Virus genome (UHGV): UHGV-0038016
Direction: 5' to 3' (one strand)
Source: a virus
DNA: 64,000 nucleotides
The position numbers and the translations under genes were made by a program. Positions 17,162 through 27,091 of the stretch are shown in pieces. Below the pieces are notes generated by a model. That model was given only the letters and a program-made list of their open reading frames with translations, did not search any database and was not told the origin of the DNA. Numbering within the stretch: the stretch's first letter is position 1; each line of letters begins with the position of its first letter.

Positions 17162-17734
17162 ATGGCAAAATTATATTTTAAATATGGAGTTATGAACTCA
17201 GGAAAAAGTTTATCTTTAATTACAACTGCTTACAATTATGCTCAACAAGGAAAAAATGTATTAATTTATACTTCTGATTTAGATACTAGAAGCGGTTTCA
17301 AAAAGATCGTTTCTAGAACTGGCTTTAATATTGAGGCAGAATACTTAAATGATAGCAGAGAAGAAATTTTAGAAAAAGCTAAAAAAGAAAAGGTTCATGC
17401 TATCTTAGTGGATGAATCCCAGTTTTTATCAAGAGAACAGGTAATTACCTTAGCCGGAGTAGCAGATGAGGGCGATATTCCTGTTCTCTGTTGGGGATTA
17501 AAAAATGATTTTCAAAATAATTTATTTGAAGGTTCTAAAGCATTGTTAGAATTTGCAGATAAATTAGAAGAGTTAAAAACTGTATGTACATTATGCGATA
17601 AAAAAGCAACTATGAATTTACGTACAATTAATGGAGAGGCTGTTTATAGAGGTGAACAAATTTTAATTGGAGATAACGAATATATTCCTGTATGTAGAAA
17701 ATGTTATTTTAACTATAATGAATTGGTCAAGTAA
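17162..17734 (+). CDS. tdk: Thymidine kinase
   Basis: Start chosen at MAKLYF (the track's upstream extension lacks an RBS). P-loop GVMNSGKS; zinc-ribbon lid CTLCDKKA...CRKCY; length about 190 aa. Confidence 0.8.
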   Translation: MAKLYFKYGVMNSGKSLSLITTAYNYAQQGKNVLIYTSDLDTRSGFKKIVSRTGFNIEAEYLNDSREEILEKAKKEKVHAILVDESQFLSREQVITLAGVADEGDIPVLCWGLKNDFQNNLFEGSKALLEFADKLEELKTVCTLCDKKATMNLRTINGEAVYRGEQILIGDNEYIPVCRKCYFNYNELVK

Positions 17735-17753
17735 TTATTTTACTTGACTTTTT
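17726..17753 (+). terminator. Intrinsic terminator (GTCAAGTAA/TTACTTGAC 9-bp stem plus TTTTT)
   Basis: Perfect stem overlapping the tdk stop. The 3' arm carries the next -35. Confidence 0.65.
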
Positions 17754-17772
17754 ATATTTTAAATGATATAAT
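17743..17772 (+). promoter_or_regulatory. Promoter (-35 TTGACT 17743-17748; 18 nt; -10 TATAAT 17767-17772 in ATGATATAAT)
   Basis: Same fused terminator-promoter architecture. Confidence 0.55.
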
Positions 17773-17807
17773 TAATATATAAGGAATTATGAAAGGAGTT
17801 ATATTTA

Positions 17808-20800
17808 TTGGGATACTATTCAATTCATAATCATAGTAGTTTTAGTAATGCATTATTAGGATTCGCTGATTCAATTAATGATATTAAACAATCAGTTGAT
17901 TATGCTTTAGATTTAGGTTTAAGCGGTTATGTTTTAACAGACCACGAAGGATTATCTGGTCACGCTCAATTAATGCATTATAGAGATAAATTAGAAAAAG
18001 AAGGTCGTATAGACCATGAATCTTTTACAATTGGTTTTGGAGATGAAATTTATTTAGTCGAAGATTTAGAAATGGGACAAAAATATTATCATCATTTATT
18101 GATTGCAAAAGATAAAAAAGGACACAAAATTTTAAGAATGTTATCTTCTAAGGCTTGGGAAAATAGTTATTGGGATAGAGGCTTACAAAGAACTCCGATT
18201 ACTCGTGAACAAGTAAAAGAAATTATGGAACAGGAAAATGGAAAAGGACATATTGTATCTTCTACAGCTTGTCTTGGAAGTTTTGAAGCTCAAGCTTTTT
18301 TGAAAATTAAAGCGGCAGAAGAAGTTCCATTTGGAGAAAAAATTAACCAAGAAAAAATCTTAGAAGAAAAACAAAAAATTGTTGATTTTGTTTTATGGAA
18401 TCAAGAAGTTTTTGGCGAAGAAGATTTTTATTTAGAAATTGCTCCAAATACTTCAGAAGAACAAAGATATGTAAATAGAAGAGTTTGGAAGCTTGGGAAG
18501 GCAATGAATGTTCCAGTTGTGTTTAGTACAGATAGTCATTATCTTACTGAAGCAGATAGAGAAATTCATAAAGCTTATTTGAATAGTAAGCAAGCAGAGC
18601 GAGAAGTTGACGATTTCTATTATACTGCTTATATGATGCCACCTGAACAAGTTAAGGAATATTTTTTATTAGATTTTTCAGAAGAAGAGTTTCAGGAAAT
18701 GTTAGATAACTTAGAAAAAATTAGAAGTGGGATCAAACATTATTCTTTGTTTAAGGAACAAGAAATTCCATATGTTCCTGTTGATGTACCAGAATTAAGC
18801 AAAACATATAATAATATTGATTTAAGCAAATATAAATATTTAACAATGTTGCTAAATTCTGACGAAGACCAAGATTTATATTGGAGTAGAACTTGTTTGA
18901 ACCAATTAGAAATTAGAAATGTATTAAATGAAAGATATTTAGAACAATTGGAAATTGAAGCTACTACACTGGTAAAAATTTCTGAACGTTTAAAACAACC
19001 TATGACGTCTTATTATAATACAGCTCAAAAAATTATTGAATTAATTTGGGATGAAGGAGATTCATTAGTTGGAGTATCTCGTGGTTCAGCTATGGGATTT
19101 ATGTCAAACTGGTTGTTGGACGTTACACAAGTAAATCCTATTCCATATGTAGGAGATATGAGCTGGAGGCATCTAGCTGAAAGTCGTCCAGAATTGCCTG
19201 ACGTCGATATAGATTCACAAGGTTCTAAACGAGAACAAATTTTATTGGCGTTAAAAAACTTTTTTGGTCATGATAGAGTTTTAAATATCGCAACATTTGG
19301 AACTGAAAAAGCAAAATCAGCATTAGCTACTGCTGCACGAGGACTTGGTATAAGTGATGATGTTTCAAGTTATTTAAGTGGTTTAATTCCAAATGAACGT
19401 GGTTTTGATTGGAATTTAAAAGATATGGTTTATGGGAATCCAGAAAAAGGTCGTAAACCAGTTTCTGAGTTTATTAATGAAATTAATAAATACGAAAATT
19501 ATTTAGAAACAGCTTTAGCAATTGAAGGAATGGTAAAAAGTAGAGGTTCTCATGCTTCAGGAGTTTATATTTTTAATCATCCTTATACAGATATTAATGC
19601 TATGATGAAAACTCCTAACGATCTAGAAGTAACTCAATGGGATTATCATGATAGTGATGATATGGGAGCATTAAAAATGGATATGTTATCCATCGAAGCT
19701 TTAGATAAAATTCGTCAAACAATGGATTTATTGATTAAAGACAATAGAATGGAATGGAAGGGTTCTTTAAAAGAAACATATTTTAATACATTGCATCCTG
19801 ATGTATTAGATTATAGCAAAGAATTGTGGGAACCAACATGGGATAACAAAGTTTTGGATATTTTTCAGCTTGATACACCTGTAGGAAAAGAGGCTGTAAG
19901 GAAGGGTAAACCAGAAGATGTAAAAGATGCAGCAGCATTGAATTCTTTAATGAGGCTTATGGCAACTGAAAATGGTGAAATGCCACTAGAGAAATATGCA
20001 AGATTTAAAGAGAATATCCAACTTTGGTATGAAGAATTAGAAAAATATAATATTCCAGCAGATGAAATTCCTATCCTAGAGAAACATTTCTTATCTTCTT
20101 ATGGAGTTCCAAATACACAGGAAGAATTAATGTTGATTTTAATGGATGAAAACATTTGTAATTTTACAGAAACAGAAGCTAATGCAGCACGTAAAATTAT
20201 TGGTAAAAAACTAATGGATAAAATTCCAGAACTTAGAGCCAAAATTTTTGAACAAGCAGTATGTTCGAGTGAAACGGTTCATTATATTTGGGATTCAGCG
20301 GTTAGTGTTCAAATGGGATATAGTTTCTCAATTTTGCATACAATTGGATATACAATTATTGCATTACAAGAATTAAACTTATTTAATCATTATCCATCTA
20401 TTTATTGGAACTGTGGCTGTTTGATTGTCAACTCAGGAGATGAAACAGGAACTTCAACAGATTATTCTAAAATGGCAGTAGCGTTAGGAAATACTATTAA
20501 ACATGGGATTAAAGTAGAAATGGTAGATATAAATAAATCAGAATCAAACTTTTCTCCTAATGTAGAAGGTAATTTTATTTCTTATGGTTTAAGACCATTA
20601 ACTGGGATTGGTTATGAATTTATCCAGAAAATTTTCGAGGGAAGACCATTTAGTTCTTTAGCGGATTTTGTCAGAAAGACAAACCCAAATAAAATGCAAA
20701 TGTTAACATTAATTAAGGCAGGAGCTTTTAGAGAAATAGATAGCTCTGATAGAAAAATTACTTTAGCAAAATATGCTAAAATGATGACAGGGCTTAGAAA

Positions 20801-21662
20801 AAATCTTACAATGACGCAAGTCCCATTGGTTATGAAAATTAATAGATTCCCTGAATCATTACAAGAAGAAAAACGAATTTATGAGTTTAATCGCTATGTA
20901 AATGAAGTTCTAACCAAGAGCGGACAAATTATTAGACTTGATGATCGGGCGCAAAACTTTTTATCTTCGATTGGTTTAGATGAATTTATTGAAACGTTTA
21001 GTGATGAGGATCGTTATTGGACTGTGATGAGTCGAGATAGATGGAGTAAGTTCTATGATAAAAAAATGGATACTGTTAGAAATTGGTTAAGAGAGAATAA
21101 AGAGTCTTTATTAGAAGAAATATTTTTTGATGAAATGTTAGAATTATTTGATTCATATGGTGGTCACGATTCATATGCAAGATGGGAAATGGAATCTATG
21201 AACTTCTATTATACAGAACATGAATTAAATTGTGTGGATGTAGATAGATATGGAATTGATAATTTTGAACTTCTTCCAAGAGAGGCACAAAAAATCAATC
21301 CTTACGCAAGTTTTTCTAAGTTAAAATTAAATAGAATTGTTGGAACTATAATTGGTAAAAATAAGGTTAAAGCAAGTATCGATGTTTTAACTCCAGAAGG
21401 AACTGTTGTTTTAGTTAAAATGTACAAAGGAGATTTTTCTTACTGGGATAAACAAATTTCAGAAAGAACATCAACAGGAAAGAAAACTGTTGTAGAAAAA
21501 TCTTTCTTTGAAAGAGGAAACAAACTATTTATTACTGGTTTTAGACGTGACGATCAATTTATTCCTAGAGCATATAATGATACAGCAACTCCAAAAATTG
21601 GATTAATTACTGAAACTCGTGATGATGGAAGTATTGTTCTGAAAACAGAACGAGCAGCTTAA
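17808..21662 (+). CDS. dnaE: DNA polymerase III alpha-like replicative polymerase (PHP domain; TTG start)
   Basis: N-terminal PHP motifs (SIHNHSSFS, LTDHEGLSGH). The 1284-aa size and position in the replication module fit. A GAAAGGAG RBS lies upstream of the TTG. Confidence 0.8.
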   Translation: MGYYSIHNHSSFSNALLGFADSINDIKQSVDYALDLGLSGYVLTDHEGLSGHAQLMHYRDKLEKEGRIDHESFTIGFGDEIYLVEDLEMGQKYYHHLLIAKDKKGHKILRMLSSKAWENSYWDRGLQRTPITREQVKEIMEQENGKGHIVSSTACLGSFEAQAFLKIKAAEEVPFGEKINQEKILEEKQKIVDFVLWNQEVFGEEDFYLEIAPNTSEEQRYVNRRVWKLGKAMNVPVVFSTDSHYLTEADREIHKAYLNSKQAEREVDDFYYTAYMMPPEQVKEYFLLDFSEEEFQEMLDNLEKIRSGIKHYSLFKEQEIPYVPVDVPELSKTYNNIDLSKYKYLTMLLNSDEDQDLYWSRTCLNQLEIRNVLNERYLEQLEIEATTLVKISERLKQPMTSYYNTAQKIIELIWDEGDSLVGVSRGSAMGFMSNWLLDVTQVNPIPYVGDMSWRHLAESRPELPDVDIDSQGSKREQILLALKNFFGHDRVLNIATFGTEKAKSALATAARGLGISDDVSSYLSGLIPNERGFDWNLKDMVYGNPEKGRKPVSEFINEINKYENYLETALAIEGMVKSRGSHASGVYIFNHPYTDINAMMKTPNDLEVTQWDYHDSDDMGALKMDMLSIEALDKIRQTMDLLIKDNRMEWKGSLKETYFNTLHPDVLDYSKELWEPTWDNKVLDIFQLDTPVGKEAVRKGKPEDVKDAAALNSLMRLMATENGEMPLEKYARFKENIQLWYEELEKYNIPADEIPILEKHFLSSYGVPNTQEELMLILMDENICNFTETEANAARKIIGKKLMDKIPELRAKIFEQAVCSSETVHYIWDSAVSVQMGYSFSILHTIGYTIIALQELNLFNHYPSIYWNCGCLIVNSGDETGTSTDYSKMAVALGNTIKHGIKVEMVDINKSESNFSPNVEGNFISYGLRPLTGIGYEFIQKIFEGRPFSSLADFVRKTNPNKMQMLTLIKAGAFREIDSSDRKITLAKYAKMMTGLRKNLTMTQVPLVMKINRFPESLQEEKRIYEFNRYVNEVLTKSGQIIRLDDRAQNFLSSIGLDEFIETFSDEDRYWTVMSRDRWSKFYDKKMDTVRNWLRENKESLLEEIFFDEMLELFDSYGGHDSYARWEMESMNFYYTEHELNCVDVDRYGIDNFELLPREAQKINPYASFSKLKLNRIVGTIIGKNKVKASIDVLTPEGTVVLVKMYKGDFSYWDKQISERTSTGKKTVVEKSFFERGNKLFITGFRRDDQFIPRAYNDTATPKIGLITETRDDGSIVLKTERAA

Positions 21663-21727
21663 TCCGACGAGGTTAATTATCTTACGTTAAAGGTCTCAGT
21701 GCTTAAAACTGGGATCTTGACGAAAGA

Positions 21728-21756
21728 TTGACAAATAATATATAATATGTTATAAT
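21728..21756 (+). promoter_or_regulatory. Promoter (-35 TTGACA 21728-21733; 17 nt; extended -10 TGtTATAAT 21748-21756)
   Basis: Near-identical to the promoter at 1825. The leader TATAATTAATTATAAAGTTAAA is shared with 7810-7833. Confidence 0.6.
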
Positions 21757-21787
21757 TAATTATAAAGTTAAAACAAGGAGAGATAAA

Positions 21788-22366
21788 ATGTTAGTAATCT
21801 TATATGGACAAACAGGAGCTGGTAAAGATTATATTGCAAGGAAATTACTTGGCTCTCTTGGCGTAGATGCTTATTTAGCCAAACGACCAACAACAAGACC
21901 TAAGCGTTCTGATAAAGAAGAATCTTATTATCAATTTTTAACTGATGAGGTTTTTCAAAAAGGAGTAGAAAAAAAAGAAATTCTATTTCCTAAGGTATTT
22001 AATAATTGGAATTATGGTGTTTACTTTGGTATTACTGCTCAAGCTAGAGATAAAGAATCTATTTATTTAATGACTTGCGAAAAAGAGACTGCATTTGAAG
22101 TAGCTGACTGGGTAGGTAAGTCAGATGATACAAACGTTATGTTAATAGAAATTGTAGCGGATGAAAAAATTAGAATGGAACGAGCAAAAGGTAGACAAAA
22201 GAACCCTGATGTAAATGAAATCAAACGACGAATTGAAGCAGATAAAAAAGATTATGCTGAAATTGATAGAAAACCAGATGCTTACTATTTTTCAGATACA
22301 CCCTTTGTATGGATGGCATTAAGTGCTTTACAAGATAAAATTATGGAAAAATTAAAAGGAGAATAA
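21788..22366 (+). CDS. P-loop nucleotide (dNMP/guanylate-like) kinase
   Basis: N-terminal Walker A GQTGAGKDY; size about 192 aa; nucleotide-metabolism neighbourhood. Confidence 0.5.
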   Translation: MLVILYGQTGAGKDYIARKLLGSLGVDAYLAKRPTTRPKRSDKEESYYQFLTDEVFQKGVEKKEILFPKVFNNWNYGVYFGITAQARDKESIYLMTCEKETAFEVADWVGKSDDTNVMLIEIVADEKIRMERAKGRQKNPDVNEIKRRIEADKKDYAEIDRKPDAYYFSDTPFVWMALSALQDKIMEKLKGE

Positions 22367-22371
22367 TTAAT

Positions 22372-22833
22372 ATGAAAAAGAAAAATGATGGACAAACAAT
22401 GAAAAAATCGGATTTAATTACACAAGCTTTAAAGGACGCACCTAAATTATCAGAAGAAGATATTTATCAAGCTGTTCTAACTTTTGTTAGAAAATCTTTT
22501 GGAAAATATTTTTGGCTTAATTCACGAGATATTAACTATAATGTGATTTTTGATCGAACTGAGTCTACAGATAAAGAAGTGGCTCAACATATCTTAGGTT
22601 ATCTAAAAGATTCTAGTTTCTGCCAACCAAAAGAAAATATTAAAGACAAAAATGAAAATGATATTGTAGAAGCTGATATGATCGATATGATGGATGTGCG
22701 AGATATTGATGATACTTCTCATGGTGAGCTTGGACTTTATATTGGACTTACTTATTTTAAATTAGTTAGCAATGATTGGATTGTTGAATCAATTAAAGAT
22801 TTTACACAAAAAGATAAAAAGGAGACTAAATAA
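22372..22833 (+). CDS. Hypothetical protein (153 aa)
   Basis: ORF with an AAAGGAG RBS. Confidence 0.5.
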   Translation: MKKKNDGQTMKKSDLITQALKDAPKLSEEDIYQAVLTFVRKSFGKYFWLNSRDINYNVIFDRTESTDKEVAQHILGYLKDSSFCQPKENIKDKNENDIVEADMIDMMDVRDIDDTSHGELGLYIGLTYFKLVSNDWIVESIKDFTQKDKKETK

Positions 22834-22835
22834 TT

Positions 22836-23633
22836 ATGACAAAAGTACGTGGATTTGAAGTAGCAAAAGGTTTTGAAGATAAAAATATTAACCTGCCTGT
22901 TCGAGCAACCGCTCGTGCAGCAGGATATGATTTTGAAGCATCAGATGATATTGTAATTCCTTCGATTTGGGATGTTAAAGAAATTCATAAAAAGTCAATT
23001 TCAAGTATTCTTTCTAAAGACTTATTTGGATTTAATATTGATTTACAAGATCCAGATTCAATTAGTCAAGTTATGGAACATTTAACAGAAGTCGAATCTT
23101 TAGAACTATTTTCTAAAGTTACAGATTTTCTGAGCAAGATTACTCAGCTTTTAAAAGATAAGGGTGTTGATTTAGAAGAATTGGCTTCAGACCCTGCTTC
23201 TTATACAGCATTATTTAATACTCTAAATTTAGAAAATCAAAACAATGAAATTCTAAAAGAGTTATTAAGTGATGAAGCTATTTCAGAAATTAAAACTTTA
23301 AGTAAACAATTTAAACCAGTTTTAGTTCCAACAGGAGTAAAAGCTTATATGGAACCAGATGAATATTTAGCTTTATTCAATCGTTCTTCAAATCCATTAA
23401 AACGTTTCTTAGTTTTAACAAATGGCGTGGGAGTTATTGATGGTGACTACTACAGCAATCCTGATAATGATGGTCATATCATGTTCCAATTTCTAAATTT
23501 TGGACCTGAAACTATCTATATTAAAAAAGGAGAGCGTATTGGACAAGGAGTATTTTCAAAATTCTTGTTGGTAGACGACGATAATGCCCAAGGAGAACGT
23601 CTTGGTGGGCACGGAAGTACGGGAGTAAAATAA
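22836..23633 (+). CDS. dut: dUTPase (trimeric-type motifs) with an insertion of about 110 aa between motifs II and III
   Basis: Motif I/II region RATARAAGYDFEAS, motif III GVGVIDGDYY, motif IV RIGQG, motif V RLGGHGSTG. Total length is 265 aa, against about 150-170 for a minimal dUTPase. Confidence 0.75.
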   Translation: MTKVRGFEVAKGFEDKNINLPVRATARAAGYDFEASDDIVIPSIWDVKEIHKKSISSILSKDLFGFNIDLQDPDSISQVMEHLTEVESLELFSKVTDFLSKITQLLKDKGVDLEELASDPASYTALFNTLNLENQNNEILKELLSDEAISEIKTLSKQFKPVLVPTGVKAYMEPDEYLALFNRSSNPLKRFLVLTNGVGVIDGDYYSNPDNDGHIMFQFLNFGPETIYIKKGERIGQGVFSKFLLVDDDNAQGERLGGHGSTGVK

Positions 23634-23678
23634 TTAATTTTTATATTCTTATATAGGACAAAAAAAGACAACATGTCT

Positions 23679-23709
23679 CACCTCTTTACTATTTATTAGT
23701 AGGGAGGTG
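23679..23709 (+). terminator. Hairpin (13-bp stem incl. three G-U pairs) followed by UUUUAAU; terminator that also sequesters the RBS of the next gene
   Basis: CACCTCTTTACTA tttat TAGTAGGGAGGTG. The 3' arm contains GGGAGG, which is the RBS for the ATG at 23717. Confidence 0.45.
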
Positions 23710-23716
23710 TTTTAAT

Positions 23717-24202
23717 ATGATTTTTATAGGTTTAGACCAAGCAACAGTTGTAACAGGTTATTCTGTTTATAAGAATCAAGAATTAATTGCCTATGGAAAA
23801 TTTTCTGCTGAAGGAGATGATTTCTCAAGATATTCAAAACAGAAAGCAAATGTATTAGCATTAATTGAATATACTAAAGAAAAATATCCTAAAGAAGAAA
23901 TAAAAATAATGTTTGAAGATATTCAAATGCAGCAAAATAAAACTACTTTTAAACAATTAGCTCAACTACAAGGCGTTCTTGCTGTTGGGGTTTTAGAAGC
24001 TCATCCAGAAATTCATTTTGATTTTATCTATGCTTCTCAATGGAAAGGGTTTGCTAAGATTAAAGGTAAAAATAGAATAGAACAAAAAAGAAATGCTCAA
24101 GCTAAAGTGTTAGAAATATTTGATATTACTGCAACACAAGACGAAGCAGATGCAATTATGATTGGTTATTATGCTTCACACCAAGAAATTAATTGGAACT
24201 AA
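23717..24202 (+). CDS. RuvC-like Holliday junction resolvase
   Basis: The N-terminus MIFIGLDQATVVTGYSV is the RuvC motif with the catalytic Asp. Acidic residues QDEADAIMIGY lie near the C-terminus. Size about 161 aa. Confidence 0.65.
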   Translation: MIFIGLDQATVVTGYSVYKNQELIAYGKFSAEGDDFSRYSKQKANVLALIEYTKEKYPKEEIKIMFEDIQMQQNKTTFKQLAQLQGVLAVGVLEAHPEIHFDFIYASQWKGFAKIKGKNRIEQKRNAQAKVLEIFDITATQDEADAIMIGYYASHQEINWN

Positions 24203-24205
24203 AAA

Positions 24206-24231
24206 AGAGACCATGTTGGTCTCTTTTTTTA
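24206..24231. terminator. Bidirectional intrinsic terminator (AGAGACCA/TGGTCTCT stem flanked by an A-run and a T-run) separating the two convergent modules
   Basis: AAAAAAGAGACCAtgtTGGTCTCTTTTTTT lies between convergent stop codons at 24200-24202 and 24229-24231. Confidence 0.8.
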
Positions 24232-26997
24232 TATAGCTGGATTTGTTTGTATTGCAGAAATATTCATTGTTGGACTTCCTTCTGTGTTTAATTGTATAGA
24301 ATATCCTGTTATCATAAACATTCCTGATATATTTGAAATTTCATCTTCTGCATAAATTAATGTATTTGGTTCTAAATGATAAACTGGTAATACATCTATT
24401 GTTACTACATCTGAAGTATTAGTATGTTGATAGATTAAATTCCTAACAGAAGAAAATAAATCAACCGCTCCATCAATAGTAAATAAATTATCCATTTTAG
24501 AATCTCTAATATTAAATAATTCTTGAAAATCATCAATTCTACCACTTGACCAATCAGGAAAATCTGCGCTTCCTTTATAAACAGTTTTACTTAATACTGC
24601 TACCAAAAAGTCGTTAGTTTTATCCCAATTAAATTTAGTCCATGCAGGTTTTCCATTATTTTGTTTAGCATAGTACCATTGAGTACCTATATTTTTAACT
24701 ACAGCAAAATAATTATGATTCCCACTATCAGGACAACGACTGTTTTTATTTAACAGATAAGCAATAAAACCATATTCTGTTAAATCTGTTTCACTACCAA
24801 AAGGAGTATTTATGGTTGCAAAATCTGTTTGAGTAAACTGTCTTTTTGTAACTGGATTGGTGTATACCCCAGCAGAAATTGTAACATATCCAGGTTTATC
24901 TTGATCTTGCATATTCTTATTTACCCCAATAGTACCAGTATGTTTACCACCAGCTAGATATTCGTGAACTGTTCCATTACCTTCTGCAAACATATACCGT
25001 AATTGTTCAAACCGCCCTGGGTCTCCAACCATAGCACTATAAGGCATAACATTTTTATTTTTTGTTATTGCTGTTGGCATAAAGAATTGATCTTGTATAT
25101 CTCTAATTACTGCATAAGCTTCTCCTTGTGCTTTTAAATTATCTAATATCATATCTCCGCCTAAATCTTGTAATTCTGTTTCTGTAATAACAATTAATTC
25201 TTTAGGGTTTGTTCTAAAAATGGTAGTCGCCTGTTTATTAGAAACTCCAATAGAACGTTTACCAATTAATTCAATAGAATATTTGCCCAATTTAGATTCT
25301 GTTGGTATAATATCAAGAAAGTAAGTCCAATAAGCCGAATCACCCTTGTCGGTAAAAATAGGATTCTGTTTATCTAAAGACTCAACATCATTTTCTGTGT
25401 TTGCGCTTGCAGCCATAGGATAACCTGCCAACCATGGAGTTCCGACAGAAATAAAAGATGGATTAAAAATTCCAGTATTTGGCAACAAAGTTTTTTTATC
25501 TTCAGATGCAATCCATTTAAAAATCATTGATTCGCATTCTTTTCCCCATCTAGGAAGAACTCTTGCAGTAGAAGCGCCATAGATATTTCTAATAAAATAA
25601 TTTTTAAGCCCTAAACCAATTTGCCATGGAATTTTATCTAAAGGAACTTCAATATATTGTGTTGGTTTTCCTGCTGTGGCTTCTTTAAATTCAAAAGGAA
25701 CTGTATTAGTTTGAGGGTTATATGGCTCCCTTCTTCTTCCATCTTTTGCTAAAAAATCCATTTCTGGAGAATCCATATTAAAATCTTCTGCAACTCCAAC
25801 AAACCATTCCTTAATCTCTCTAATTGTTGGTTTATGGTCTATTGCTATTTCTAAAATTTCTCCTGTTTCTCTAGTTGCTATAAAATCATTTTTGATATTT
25901 GTATAACTAGGATTGTTATTATATCTAATAATAGTCTTTTTATCGGCAAAATTATAGGTAAAAGGAAGACCTAAATAATTAGGAATAAAATCATCCATAT
26001 CTAATTCATAAGCAAAATATCCTAAATCTGTATCTTTTTCAGGATTAAATACTTCGTTAACATAATTTTTAATAGGCTGAAACATTAAATCCCCATCACG
26101 AGTATAAAAAAATTCATGAGTATTGCTCATAGCTTCTACAATATCTTCAAAAATAGAGGTTAATGGTTCGTTTACATTCTTTTGATAAGATTCTTGAGTA
26201 CTTACCGTTCCTGCTGAAGGGTCAGGTGGACCAAATCTGCGCAATTTATAGATTCTATCTCCCTTTGAAAAATTAATTTCTGTTTCTGGAACAGTTGGGC
26301 TCCACGCTCTAGTAATAATTCTTTCCCCATCTACATCTCCAGGAGCATTAATATGAATAAATTTATCTTTTAATCCAGCCACATTTTTTACTTGCGTATA
26401 TTCATTTATATAATCTGGAACAGAATCAATAATAACCTTTGCTGGATTCTCATTCCCAAAATTCACTGCTGCACTTAAGAAAATATCTCTCCAAGAGAAG
26501 GAATAATTCTTACCATTTCTTTTTTCTACAAAACTTACTGGGGCTGGGAGGCGGCCTCCCAATGTACCATTTAGCATAGTCATTTTATCTTGCGCATTAA
26601 TTGATATAGTTGCTGTATCAACAGAATGAGAATAAGATGGTTCGGTTAAAATAAAGATCCCCATATTAAACCATATAATTTCATCTTCTTGATAACGAGA
26701 AGTTTGGTTTTCCAATCCTATATATAATTTTATTTTTTTATCTGGGGTTAGATATTTATAAACCAATTCATCGTCTCTATCTTTTACACTAAAAGTTAGA
26801 GATAAATTTCTTCTTACTCGACTTGTTCCATCAGCATTATAACTTCCACTTTTTACAATACCTTGTATTTCTTTTAAAACTTGTTCGTCCCAATTAAGTA
26901 ACTGTATCTTAGTATGCACTACTCTAATATTATGTTCAAAAAGTTCTTCTAAAAAAGAAGTAGGGTACTGCTTAACGTTAATATTTTCATTCATTAC
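24229..26997 (-). CDS. Large virion/tail-tip structural protein (922 aa), possibly Tal-like
   Basis: Start chosen at MNENIN (AAAGGAGAG RBS). Last gene of the minus-strand structural operon. The N-terminal region looks like a tail-associated/Tal-type structural domain by eye only; no catalytic motif was recognised. Confidence 0.45.
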   Translation of the reverse strand, partial: VMNENINVKQYPTSFLEELFEHNIRVVHTKIQLLNWDEQVLKEIQGIVKSGSYNADGTSRVRRNLSLTFSVKDRDDELVYKYLTPDKKIKLYIGLENQTSRYQEDEIIWFNMGIFILTEPSYSHSVDTATISINAQDKMTMLNGTLGGRLPAPVSFVEKRNGKNYSFSWRDIFLSAAVNFGNENPAKVIIDSVPDYINEYTQVKNVAGLKDKFIHINAPGDVDGERIITRAWSPTVPETEINFSKGDRIYKLRRFGPPDPSAGTVSTQESYQKNVNEPLTSIFEDIVEAMSNTHEFFYTRDGDLMFQPIKNYVNEVFNPEKDTDLGYFAYELDMDDFIPNYLGLPFTYNFADKKTIIRYNNNPSYTNIKNDFIATRETGEILEIAIDHKPTIREIKEWFVGVAEDFNMDSPEMDFLAKDGRRREPYNPQTNTVPFEFKEATAGKPTQYIEVPLDKIPWQIGLGLKNYFIRNIYGASTARVLPRWGKECESMIFKWIASEDKKTLLPNTGIFNPSFISVGTPWLAGYPMAASANTENDVESLDKQNPIFTDKGDSAYWTYFLDIIPTESKLGKYSIELIGKRSIGVSNKQATTIFRTNPKELIVITETELQDLGGDMILDNLKAQGEAYAVIRDIQDQFFMPTAITKNKNVMPYSAMVGDPGRFEQLRYMFAEGNGTVHEYLAGGKHTGTIGVNKNMQDQDKPGYVTISAGVYTNPVTKRQFTQTDFATINTPFGSETDLTEYGFIAYLLNKNSRCPDSGNHNYFAVVKNIGTQWYYAKQNNGKPAWTKFNWDKTNDFLVAVLSKTVYKGSADFPDWSSGRIDDFQELFNIRDSKMDNLFTIDGAVDLFSSVRNLIYQHTNTSDVVTIDVLPVYHLEPNTLIYAEDEISNISGMFMITGYSIQLNTEGSPTMNISAIQTNPAI

Positions 26998-27049
26998 TTT
27001 CTCTCCTTTGCTCTTGGTATGTAAAGTTTCTCTTCTATATAAAAAAATT

Positions 27050-27080
27050 AAACTGGGTACTATCACAAGTTCCCCAGTTT
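27050..27080 (-). terminator. Intrinsic terminator on the minus strand (AAACTGGG/CCCAGTTT stem, 14-nt loop, then a U-run)
   Basis: The inverted repeat is followed on the minus-strand transcript by the reverse complement of AAAAAAA (27041-27047). Confidence 0.55.
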
Positions 27081-27091
27081 AATTTTATTTA

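Noticed and set aside
21663-21727. Possible tRNA or small RNA in the relatively GC-rich spacer after dnaE
   Set aside because: No T-loop (GTTCGAATC-like) or D-loop signatures, and no cloverleaf could be folded by eye. More likely just the 3' UTR.
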